A stretch of DNA of 64,000 bases, taken from assembly GCF_009914755.1 (NCBI RefSeq), contig NC_060940.1; one strand, 5' to 3'. Under the pieces are notes generated by a model. The model saw only the letters and a list, made by a program, of their open reading frames with translations, was not told the origin of the DNA and searched no databases. The position numbers and the translations under genes were made by a program. Shown piece after piece: positions 29,515 through 42,200 of this stretch (the stretch's first letter is position 1; each line of letters starts with the position of its first letter). This stretch comes from the human T2T-CHM13v2.0 reference genome, Homo sapiens.

Positions 29515-30837
29515 ATATTATAATTTCTCCATTCCATAGTTTATCTCTTCTTTTTATCCATAAACATCATAAAATCTTTCTTCAAGTTATCCCATTTATT
29601 TATTAAGGGAGAAAAGCATATATTGAGCATCTACCGTATGCTGGACACTCCAAGGCAGTAGAGGGGTGTAATCTGAACATCACAGACATGGTCCCTGTTC
29701 TCATGGAACTTAGCATCCAGTGTAGAAGACTGATGGAAAAGTGTTCACTCTTCTCTACTCCGCATCTTTCCCTCAAAATAACACCTAATCCCCAGCCAAG
29801 TGACTACATGCCAACATCAAAAGCTACTAAAAATTCTGCAAAACATTTTAAGAGGCATAAATCAATTACATCCATTAGTTGTCCCTTGGCTACAGGCCAG
29901 TAACCTCTCGAGAACTTCAACAGGTTTGTGAAAAATGAGTTGCCCTCCACCCTCACACAAGAATGTGAGCTCAAAAACAGGAGGGCAATGCTGGACCCAT
30001 CCGCTCAATGCTGGCAGTGAAGGGCTCAAGCTCTCGGAAACAAGATAAACCTCAGCTTGAATCTAGGCCTCCACCCTATAAAACCATGATCAAACTATTT
30101 TTGCCTCTCTGAGCCCCACTTCTCCCATCTGAACACTGGGAATCATGATCACATTGTTGCACGTTGCAGGGATCAAATAAGTTAATGTTTGGAAGGAATT
30201 CATGACTGAGGCTGGCTTCTGGTAAACAATTATCACTGAGTTGCCACCAAGCCGCTAGGGGCAGCCCCAGGGGAAATCATCCCCTCCTCCTGCACAAAAG
30301 TGATTATCAAGGGTGCCAGAAATGCTCCACAAGTGTACAAGAAATGCCAAGAAGAATGAGATTGAGTCCAGGGACCATAGACAAAGAGGAAGAAACAAAG
30401 GAAGTAGAGGCAGGTTTGGGACTGCTGCCTCCCAGTCTACAAGGCAAGAGTACACAATGGAAAATCTTCATCACGGGAAGGCAGAAGATAGGCCGGTCTC
30501 ATTCATGAGAACAGAGGTAGATATCAGAAGACCTGGCTCTTCAGTTACACGGCCAACTGACTCAGGTCAATCACACCTACAGACTTGTCTGCCTGCCCAT
30601 AAAATAAAAGTCTTGAATGCAAGCAGACATTTTCCACCCATGTTCTGGGAAGCCGTACAGATTGATGAAGGCATCAGAGGATGTCGCCTCAGAGCATGGG
30701 GGTGCAGTGAACACCCCACATCCAACTCCCTGCACCCAGAGCCTGCCCCCTAGGATTCAGTATAGCCATTATGGTTCTACCTGGTATTGCATTTCATGCT
30801 AAAAAAAGAAAATTTTTAGACAATAAAAATAAGTGAG

Positions 30838-31137
30838 AGCTGGGCACAGTGGCTTACACTGGTAATCTCAGCACTTTGGGAGGCCAAGATGACAGGACTG
30901 CTTGAGGCCAGGAGTTCAAGACCAGCCTGGTCAACACAGCAAGATCCCCATCTCTACAAAAAAAATTAACATAACTCATCCTGGGGCTGGCGTGTGTCTG
31001 TCCTATACTTGGGAGGCTAATGCAGGAGGATCACTTGAACCTGGGAAATCAAAGCTGCAGTAAGCTACGATCGTACCACTGCACTCCAGCCTAGGCGACA
31101 GAGAGAGATGTTGTCTCAAAAAAAAGAAAAGAAGAAA
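30838..31137 (+). mobile_element. AluJ
   Basis: AGCTGGGCACAGTGGCTTAC...TGCTTGAGGCCAGGAGTTCAAG; A tail. Confidence 0.92.
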
Positions 31138-31841
31138 GTATAAATGTGAAAAACCTTGAACAAGACCATCCTTGTTCAAGATCCTTCCAGAGGGCTCCTT
31201 CTGGTTCGGTGACTGTAAATGCTCCAGTTGGGAACAGAGCATCAAATGGGTCAGAACATGCAGCTTCTTTGGGTTGGCATCACCAAACTCCAGATGCTTT
31301 GGTGGTGTCTTTCTGAGTGTTCAGATCCAATGCTTAAGTCATAATCCTTTCCTAGTTTTTAACAGAATCTGTGTCTGTTTGTAAAAGTGTGGCCAAGTCC
31401 AGCATCCAGAGAGGCAGCCTCATAAGTGAGGGGAATACAGTTTATCTGAACCCTGGCTCAGGTCAAGGGTTGGTGCTTCAAGTGGCCTGTAATACAAGGG
31501 CACAAGTGTTTCATCACTGTACACTGGGAAAATTCCAGTAAGAGACCATTGATGCCTCTTAAACCACAAGTTTTTTTCTCTCCAGTAGGGTGTTGGGTTA
31601 CTAAGGGTAGATCACCTTAAGTTTATCCAGAAAGAAAGGCAGGATGCTATTTCTACAAGAAAGGCTCAGAGGATCACACTCTTTAGGGGTGGGGCAAAGA
31701 TGATGCCCTTTCCCCCTTCATGCCCCATAGGAGGTTGTAGAGGATGGTAGGTCTAAGGAAAAATCCAGGACTGGGATGGAAGGATAGGAGGAAACTCACA
31801 TTTACTCAACAGGAAGTGGAGACGTCAAATCCATTATCTTG

Positions 31842-32197
31842 TCATATGGTTTGGCTGTGTCCCCACCCAAATCTCACCTTGAATTGTAATAATCCCCACG
31901 TGTCAAGGTCAGGGCCAGGTGGAGATAACTGAATCACGGGGGTGGGTTTTTCCCATACTCTTCTTGTGACAGTGAATAAGTCTCAGGAGATCTGATGGTC
32001 TTATAAAGGGCAGTTCCTCTGCACAAGCTCTCTTGCCTACCCCCATGTAAGACGTGACTTTGCTCCTCCTTGCCTTCTGCCATGATTGTGAGGCCTCCCC
32101 AGCCATGTGGAAACGTGAGGCCATTAAACCTCTTTCTTTTAGAAATTACCCAGTCTCGGGTAGGCTTTACTAGCAGTTATGAGAATGAACGAATACA
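31842..32197. mobile_element. THE1C/D-like MaLR solo LTR
   Basis: T(C)ATATGGTTTGGCTGTGTCCCCACCCAAATCTCA...GAATACA; perfect 5-bp TSD TCTTG. Confidence 0.92.
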
Positions 32198-32758
32198 TCT
32201 TGGTACAGCCACAGCCCTCCCTATTAAGAAGCCAACCCCATCCCATTTTGAGGATGAGGCTCAGAAAGGATTTCTGTCAAGGAGAAAACTCAACCTGTCC
32301 CACCTGGCTGCAAAGGGCGTCACTGTACCCAAGAGGCAATCAATAAATATCAGCTGGTAGTCAAATTTCCTTTTAAAAATGAACAAATAAATAAAACACA
32401 CAGGGTTGTTTTTTTTTGTACTTATATGTAGAAAGTACTAGAAGCTTATTGTGTAGTTCAGGTTGTTCTCAGTTCCAAAGCATCGAGATAGAGCAGACAG
32501 GAATCTGGTAATGATGAAATCTTTATTATAAAGTTGCTGCAATCCTCATAGAAAATATTTAAAGATATAAAAAATTGCTTATTATAAAGCAACATGAGGC
32601 AATTACCTATCTACATTCCGAAAATAAAAATGTTCTTCTGGCAGCAGAGCTCCTGTTTGCAAATTGAACAGAAGCGTAAGGCGCCAGTCAGACAAGAAGA
32701 AATACAAATAGAAAAGCACAGGCAGGACTGCCTTCTCCTGTTTTGAAAATACAAATTT

Positions 32759-33054
<296 letters not shown>

Positions 33055-33217
33055 GAAAATACAAATTTGTTCCAACACAATTTATATATCAGGGAATAAT
33101 TTGAGCATAACGCAAATTTTGCATTTTCTTGTGCACAATTTCGTCCATGAGAAGCACTAGATGAATGCAGAAAGCTAAAGCTGCACCTAAGTAAACTGAG
33201 CCATGCAGGAATAAACA

Positions 33218-33218
<1 letters not shown>

Positions 33219-33256
<38 letters not shown>
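33219..33256 (+). repeat. (CA)n microsatellite
   Basis: Direct reading. Confidence 0.95.
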
Positions 33257-33258
<2 letters not shown>

Positions 33259-33550
33259 CCTCAAACACCCATGAGCTCCCCCAGTTCACCAAGCGAGTGT
33301 GTTCTGGACCACACTTGTGCACAACTTTCAGAAAAACCTATTTCACAACCCCACAATAATTACTAGCCCTTCTCACATCTACTTCCACAGGCCAACTTTC
33401 AGTCTTTTTTAAGGTAAAGTGCCACATTTATTGTAGGAATTATAGATTTCTTAACCATCTTGCATGTGCAAAACTGTACTACCATCCCTTTTTTCACTGA
33501 GCCACTGACAACATTTTTGATTTTGTACCCCAATCCTACTTTTTCCGTAA

Positions 33551-33887
<337 letters not shown>

Positions 33888-35603
33888 TGGCAGGCTGATT
33901 TTTAAGAATGCTCAAGTCATATTATAGCAGAACTTACTGCTAAATGTTCTTCCATGGCTTATTTAATTTTTAGAGGAAGTACACAGTACTACAAATTGGT
34001 ACAACCCTTCCAGCAGTCACATAACAATATTTACCAAGTTATGTCCATATCTTTGAACCAAGTAATTCGACAGAATTTACTCTAAGGACATAATTGAATA
34101 AGAAAACAGAAAGATGATGTGCACTAAAGTGTTGATTGTGACACTGACGTGGATGTGCGTGTGTTTGTGTGCATGTGTGCAAAGCCAGCAAACATTTTAA
34201 CTGAAAAGACTATGTAACCAAGTAGTAAATAACTACAGTATATTGTTCAGTGAATAGAAAATAAAAATGTGTGTAAACAGGTTAACTGTATGAAAACAAG
34301 GACACAGAGGACAATAATGATTTTAGTTGTATTGTCACGATAGGATTGAAGGTGATCTATTGTACATCTTGAAAAAATCCCTTAATGTTATAATACTGCT
34401 TACACACACACACACACATACACACAGAGAACTGTGTTTAAATTTTTTTAAAAGCTAAGTCACCAAGAAGTGTTTTGAATATGCTAATTTTCGGTTTTGT
34501 TAAAAATCAGAAATAGTTCTTCACTGCATATCATATACCCAGCACAGTATTTATTTCGAGATGTGAAGGAAGTAATTTGAAATTTTAGTTTCATGAATAC
34601 ATATTTTTGTAACAGTACAAATCTGAATCCTGAACTACAGCTGGTAATCTTCAGTTTGTCACTAAAACTAATTTGCAGCCCTGCTGCTTGCTGTAAATAT
34701 GGAAACAATAGTCCCTTTGCAACTCACAAACATGCAGGGCAAAACATACCAATGGAAAGTAAAGGTTGTGCTACGCGACTGGCAAACTGGACAGTGCTTG
34801 CACGCAGGCTGTGTTATTGGGTGAAAACCAGGTGGGAGGATTTGTTTCAAGCGGCGCTGTTACCAGGAAGACAACTTTCTGGACAAAGCAGATGGCCAAC
34901 AAGAAGTGGGGCATTTTCACGTTAACAAAATCAACCGCCCAATAGATTCTGTGAACAATATAAAGTACGTATCTTGAACCATTTGTGTCAGAAGCTCCAA
35001 GTCAGCCCAATCTCCCAGGCAGGGAAGCAGACGTTGACAGCTTGTGGAGGGCTGCATGCACACCTGGGAGGGGGCAAAGGTGGGGACTGCTTTGAGTGCT
35101 TAACAGAGCGTCCTGTTTTTATTAACACTTGAAGTTAATAAAAGAGTTGACATTTCCCATACGCAAAAGCTTTCTCCTCCTCTGAACACGCAGGATGCAA
35201 AGTGGAAGAGAGCTCAAGGTTTGGATCCTGACAGCTCTGATTTTTAATTTGAGCTACATGCTGTGTGACCCACAGCAAATTCCTCTACCTCTCTGAGCCT
35301 TCCTTTCATCTTCAGAAATGTAGGGATAACAGTCTGTCTCCAATGGTTGTTCTAAGTATTAAATGTTTGAAAAGGCAACACACCTGGCCCTAAGAGGCGC
35401 TTAATAAATACTCAGTAAATCTGAAGCATAGTGTTTCAAGGGACACTCCTGCCACCTGTACTCCCAATCCTGGGCCCTTGTCTGATGTACCTAGCAAGAG
35501 CATAATGCCCTGGCTGACCACACTCAGTATGGCACTGCGGAATAGAGACGTCAACGGGACCCTGAATTATCCATTATCCAACCGACAGGGGAGAAGGACA
35601 CCC

Positions 35604-35844
35604 ATATATATGTGTGTGTATATATATGTGTATACACATATATATATGTATGTATATATATGTGTGTATATATGTGTGTATATATATGTGTGTATATATA
35701 TGTGTGTATATAGATGTGTGTGTATAGATGTGTGTATATAGATGTGTGTGTATATATATGTGTATATATGTGTATATATGTGTATATATATGTGTGTACA
35801 TATATGTGTATATACATGTGTGTATATATATGTGTCTTTGTGTC

Positions 35845-35879
<35 letters not shown>
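35604..35879 (+). repeat. (TA)n/(TG)n compound alternating purine-pyrimidine repeat
   Basis: TATATGTGTG units ending in pure (TA)n. Confidence 0.95.
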
Positions 35880-37255
35880 CTCCAAACCACTGCTCACTGT
35901 GATTTAACTGAATGCAATTAAATTTGCGTATGTTTTAAAATAATGTCCAGAGAGTCCCTGAAACGTAGCCACTGGATCACCTGGAGACCATGCATAAGAC
36001 CCCCAGTGCAAACTATCCCTGCCTGGTGTCCTTTGTGTACCCTTACAAGTCTCTCCTGGTCTATTCGTCAATGTCACAACATTGCTGGTCCCTGGCTGCT
36101 CTCCATGTCGGCTGCGCCTCACATCTCCCTGTTTCCTCACCACCACAGCAAGAAACTGAACCCTCTCAGATGTGAATGAGGCAAAAATGAGCCCAAACCC
36201 AGCAGCAGGATGGGGCAGGGGCGTCTCCTTCCACCGTGTGGGAGAAGTGGGTGGCTGGAGGCAGAAAGAAGGTGGACTCCATAGGTCTCTGCGAGGTGCT
36301 TGGAAAGGAAAACCAAACCACAATGGCCCCCAAAAGGTGCCTATGGGTAACACAGCCCTAAGCTACAGTGTACAGCTCTGGGATGAATGGGAAATGCATG
36401 GCTTAAAGACAATGCAGTCAACAAAAAGGACTGTGTCCCAATGCCATCAGACATAAGATATCTGCTTCCTTTCATCTGATGTATGTAAGATGCATGACCG
36501 GCTCTGAATTTTATATCCCCTGGGTGTTGCAAGCTTAGTAAAGCCCAGCCCAAAGGGGTACCAGCTTCCTTGATAGCAAATGTGGACTTCCTGCTAGTAC
36601 CCAACAGAAGGGACAAGAGGAAGGAGGAGAGGCACACAGATGTCCGAAGTCAAATGCACTCCAGGTCCAGGTTGTGGCTTCGCTCATTGTTTTCAGCTGC
36701 AGACAAGAGGTGTTCCAAGGTCCTCAGCAGCCCTGCTTACTTATACAAGAATATCCCTTCAGAGACTGCGTTCCTTGACGGTATGGCCCATGATCTGCTG
36801 CAGTCTATGGCTTTTTCTACCTCTCCTCCTGCTCATAATGCCCTGTGCAATGTCTGCTACACTGCAGGCATTTAATAAGCGCTAGGTGGCTGGAAAGATA
36901 AATGCACGGATAAATATGTAGCTGGATGAAGTTACAAAACAAGCTGTGAGAGGCTCTGAGAACAGTGCATTGTGGGAGAAGTCTGCAATCATTCAAGAGA
37001 CTCAATCAGATTGTCACATGCCATTTGTAGACACACCTCCAGAAGACTGGTAGCATTTTTTAGTTAAATCAAATGGCCTTTCAGATGCACTGTCACCACA
37101 GCCATAGGTTACTGTTCAGGATGTTCCATTGGGATATTAAAGCTTAGCCCAGAGCACCAAAGGTCCCTCTGAACCATTGATGAGCTCTAATCAAAGATTC
37201 CTCGGTGGGGGATGACCGGCCTCAACACAATCTTCTCTACCATCCTATGGCTGGG

Positions 37256-37810
37256 TGTGGGTATTTTGCACAGATGAACACATTAAGATCTCCTGTCTTC
37301 TAATAATGTGACCTTGCTCCGCTTCCCATCAACTGGTAGGGTCTATGCCCCCTCCCCTTGAACTGGGTGTACATTTGAGACTGTCGTGGCCATAGGGAAG
37401 TGACCCTATGTGACTTCTATGGCTATATCATAAAAGTGACATTCATTTCCACTCTGCTCTCCTGGGATGCCCATTCTTGGAACTCAGGAGCCATGCTGTG
37501 AGGAAGCCCAAGCAAGCCCTCACGGAGAGACTACATGCAGGTGTGCCAACCGACAACATAGCTCAGGCCCCAGTCAAGAGCCAGGATCAAACAGCAGATG
37601 TCAGAATGAATGTGCTTCCAGACGGGTCAGCTGCCAGCCTTCAGGTCTTCCCAGCAGAGGTGCCGAACATTGTGGAGGAAAGACAAGCCATTCCCACGTT
37701 GCCTATCTAAATTCCTGACCCTCAAAACCTGTGAGCATTAAAAATTTTTTAACACTACTAATTTATAGGTGGTTTGGAATATTTATATATTCAAATGTAA
37801 ACTGGAATAC
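37256..37810. mobile_element. MLT1 (F/G/H-like) LTR
   Basis: CCCCTCCCCTTGAACTGGG...GCCATGCTGTGAGGAAGCCCAAG...AATTCCTGACCC. Confidence 0.75.
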
Positions 37811-37968
37811 TGGAACTTAAGCACTGTCCCAGTCTCACGACCCAGACCCCTTAGCTTGACCCTTGACACTAAGCTTCCATCCTGGTATCCCCTAAACTGC
37901 AAGCTGGGGGATACCTGTACCATCAGATACTTTTTAGGTTCTTACTACCTAACACCAATAAATCAAGA

Positions 37969-38166
37969 AAAAAAAAGCTGCAAGAGAAGATTTTGAATGT
38001 TCCCCACACGAAGAAATGATAAATGTTTGAGGTAAGGACATGCTAATTAACCTTATTTGATTGCTATACATTGTATACACATATAGAAATATCACTGTGT
38101 ATCCCATAAATATGTACAATTACTATATGTCAACTAAAAATAAACGGGAAAAATAAAAAAATTTAA
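37969..38166 (+). mobile_element. Short 5'-truncated L1MA 3' end with 12-bp TSD
   Basis: GAAATGATAAATGTTTGAGG...CCCATAAATATGTACAATTA; TSD AATAAATCAAGA (37957-37968 / 38167-38178). Confidence 0.85.
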
Positions 38167-39179
38167 AATAAATCAAGAGGCTGCTGCCCACCTGGCTGGT
38201 TACTCACTATTTATATATCTGTTGTTGTGTCTCCTGCAAGACGTAAGACTTCCTAAATTTGCCACAAGTTATGGTCACCTCAATAAAGCCAATGACCCTA
38301 TCCCCGACCCTAACTTTCTCTGCTCCTACCCCATAAAATCCCAGCATACCTTACATCAATGCCATCCTGGAACCCTGACAAGAAATATCTCTGCATTCTA
38401 CGCTCAATCCAACTAGCTCCAAGGCTCCTGAGGGTTGCTCAGTGACAGGATAAATTACCCAAAAATAAACTACCAACGTGTTTCACCAAAAGCTCCATTT
38501 TTGGAGATCAAATGAAAGGTGAGCATTTACAAAGCTCCTTTAGTGGCCAGGCAGATTTCTCGAGCAGGATTAAAAGGTGTTTCCATCTGTCCCCCCAAGT
38601 AGGATGTAGTCAAAGCCTCAGACCATGACCAGAGCTGTGGAGTCACTAAGGATCAGAGACAGAATCCCCAGAGAGAAACATCAACAGACACTGACAGGGT
38701 AACTAAGCTCATGCAAGTGAGCGGACATGCCTTACTCATCTGGAGGAGCAACTGGAGATGAGATCAAAGTAAGTGTAACTGCAGTACGGTACACAAGCAG
38801 AACTTCGACCCAAGCCATGGATCTAACAATGGCCATGTGGGTCAGGTCAGCAAAGAGGAAGAAATGTTGTGTCTGGCTCAGGCACTGACGTGGGCTCCAC
38901 AGCACATGATACAGTTCTGTGTCCTTGGCACTGGCCTGAGGATACAGGAATCCTTGTGGGACCCGGAGTCATGATCCCACCATAGTCAACAATGATTGAG
39001 GGCTCTGGAAGACCATAACCACCAACAATACCCCAACTAATCCAGTTATCCAAGGCGAGGAGCCATTCTGACAACCAGAGGGCCCTCATCCTTACCTCCA
39101 CTTCCAAGATTTGCAATTTTACCTCCTGAATGTCTTTGCAAGACATTTACAGACACTCATGGTTCTCCAGTGGCACTGC

Positions 39180-40040
39180 CCTGCTGTGGGACACCAGCTC
39201 TCATAGCAGCCTCCAAAGGAAAATCTCTGCACCCCTCCGGCCTCCCTTTCCTCCACTCTCACATTGCCTCCAGAGGAATTTTTTTTTTCATAATGAAAAT
39301 CTGATTGTGTCCCCAACTCCCTCTCCCTGTTTAAAACCCTCCATTGCTCAAATGAGAACATGTAAAACCCTTAAAATGGTGTATAAGCCCTGCACAGTTT
39401 GGTATCTACCTGCACTTCCTGCCCCTTCACCTTCCATCTCCTCCTCACTCTCTGCCCTGCAGCCACTCTATGGAATCATCCATGGCCCCAAACCTCACCT
39501 CAGTGCCTGGCCCTTGTGCCCTGGAAAGTCCTTTCATTCCCCATCCCTCTTCCTCTAACTCCTACCCACCCCTAGATGGAAGAAGAAGTAGATTCTAAGC
39601 CAGACTTCCTAAGCCCAAAACCCAGCTCTGTCGCCGACCTGTGGTTACGCCCTTGGGCAGAGAGCTAAATCTCTTTATGCCTCAGTTCCTCATGGGGATG
39701 ATAATCATTCCTCCTTCATGGGATCATTATAAGGATGAAAAGTCAGTCCATGCAAATCAGGTAAAAATAATTGTAACAAGGCCTGGTACATAAAAGGAAT
39801 TCAGTGACTGTTCACTCCTCATTCTTATCTCAGCTCAAATATCACTTCATCAAAGAGAAGCCTCCTCTGTGGCTCCCCACACTAAGATTCCTCATATATG
39901 CTATTTCCTTCCAAGTACTTACATCATAATTATACATCCTTTATAGGACTACTTGATTAATGTGTATCACAAGAGCAGGATACATGTCTGGTTTTGCTCA
40001 CACTATATGCCAAGACTTACCACAGCTCCTGACATACTGG
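39180..40040 (+). mobile_element. L2 3' region with nested MIR (about 39575-39810)
   Basis: TTAAAACCCTCCATTGCTC, CAGCTCAAATATCACTTC, GAGCAGG...TGTCTGGTTTTGCTCAC; MIR core CCTTGGGCAG...TGCCTCAGTTCCTCAT. Confidence 0.65.
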
Positions 40041-40853
40041 ATGGCTGGGTAGATGAATGAGTGGGTGGGTGGATGGATAGATGGGTGGATGGGTAGGTCG
40101 ATGGATGGATGCATGGATGGATGAATGGACGGATAGCTGGATGAACAATGGGTGGGTGGATGGAGGGATGGATGGATGATAAATGGATGACTGGATGAAT
40201 AGATGACTAAATGGATGATAATGGATAGATGACTGAATGAATGGACAGACAGATGGATCAATGGATAGATGATGAATGGCTAGATGGGTGGATGGATGGA
40301 TGGATGATACATGGATGACTGGATGAATAGATGATTGGATGGATAACAGAGGGGTAATTGAATGAATGGATAGATATAGTGATGGATGGATAATGGATGG
40401 ATCGATGGATGGATGATAGATGGATGACTGGATGACCAGATGACTGGATGGATGATAATGGAGGGGTGACTGAATGAATGGCTGAATAGATGGATGAATG
40501 GATAGATGATGTATGTAATGTATGTATGGATGGATGGATGACTGGATGGATGGATGGATGGATGGATGATTGAATGGACAGATGGATAGACAGATGAATG
40601 GATAGATAATGGATGGATGGGCAGATGGATGAGTGGATAGATGATTAGATGAATGGATGATTCAATTGATGGATGGATGGATGGATGGATGGATGGATGG
40701 ATGCACGGATGGATGGATAGATGGATGATTAAATGGATAAATGGATGGGTGAATGATTGGGTTGACAAATGGATGGAGGGATGAATGAATGGATGGGTGG
40801 ACTGGATCGATAGATGGATGGATGGATGGATGGATGGATGGATGGATGGATGG
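40037..40853 (+). repeat. Long (GGAT)n degenerate tandem repeat (about 815 bp)
   Basis: Direct reading. Confidence 0.95.
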
Positions 40854-41659
40854 AGACAGCCCTGCTGACACACAGTGTGGTGACTAGCCATTCTTACTAT
40901 TCAACTTTAGGCCCAGCAGCTTCACCTTCAGGAGCTACCCAGAGTCCTAGACTGCCTTGTATGTCCTCTATGACGATCTTGAATTATCACCAGTTCTCTT
41001 TCCTACATCATTATTATTCTTACAAAAAGATAGCAACATGGCTACAGGGGGCTGGATATCCTGGTGGCAATAAAGTAAGAAACTTCAAAGACAACATACT
41101 GAACACAGCCACTGCCACCAGGGAAGGTGGATGGAGACAGAGGTAACCTGAGCTGGGGCAAATGACAGCCCCCAGTCCTCTTCCAAAGATTTCACTAGGG
41201 TGAAGACTGCTTTACCTCTTTAGGAACCATGAAGAGAAAACCCCTGAGAGAAACTGGAGACTGAACCAGACACCTTCTCCAGTCTCCTCCACGATCTGGG
41301 AGGCAACAAGTATTCATGAGATCTGCTAGGGGCATGGAGCAGTGAAGTGGACAGACAAGGCCCCTGTCCTTGGGAAGTTGGCCAGGATATGTAAAAGGCA
41401 GACAGGAAATAAATAATTAAAATAAATGATTAACTAATTGCATGTGTGCAAAGCAAATACTGAAGCCAGGAGGACTCCCCATCATATGCTAGAAATTCCC
41501 TGGCATGCAAAATGTGACAAAGTTCCTAGAACAGTTATCCCACATGGTTCGTGGAAGCAAAAGTAGGGCACACTGAGCAGGCATGTCTGTTTCTAATAAG
41601 TTTCTCCACTTGCAAGGTCAAGGATGCTGTGAGGCACATTCAGTGTGCATCTGCTGTCT

Positions 41660-42200
41660 CACGCTGGGTGCTTTCTCAAGCAGTTACCAATCATCCTGAC
41701 AAACCCAGGAGGGGCTATTATCTCTACTTTACAGATGTAGCAACTGAGGTTCAGAAGGGTTAAATCAGAGTCCAAAGGCCACATGACCAAGGCAAGAACA
41801 AAACCTAAGACTGTCTCCAAAGCCCGTGCTCTTTCTGCTATACCAGGCTGCATAGGGAGTGAGAAGTGAGTTTTGTTTTGTCTTCACACAAAATTGAAGG
41901 ACCAATTTGAAGTAAAATATTAATCTAAAATCTTCATTGTCAAAATCATCTTAAAATAAAATTCATTACTTGTTTAAAGATGGATGGCAAACTCACATAA
42001 TAGTTAAAACTGAACTATTACCTTATGTGCACAATCCCATTTAATCCTCACATCAACCCACTGAAGGGGAGGTTAGGACTATCATACCTAATTTACAGGT
42101 GTGGAAACTGAGGCTGTGAGAATTAAAGTGCTCACCCTAAGAGCCAAAAGTTGAACCCAAGCCTGCCCACTCTGATGCCTAAGATCTGCATCACCTGGCT
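41660..42200 (-). mobile_element. Two MIR copies
   Basis: TTTACAGATGTAGCAACTGAGGTTCAGA and TTTACAGGTGTGGAAACTGAGGCT cores. Confidence 0.65.

Noticed and set aside
34440-35200. Repeat-poor stretch that might be a conserved enhancer
   Set aside because: Cannot be supported without conservation or chromatin data.
35478-35902. Y/I/H/T/V/C-rich ORFs
   Set aside because: Translations of the TA/TG repeat.
40280-40891. 203-aa HPSI-repeat ORF
   Set aside because: Translation of the (GGAT)n repeat.
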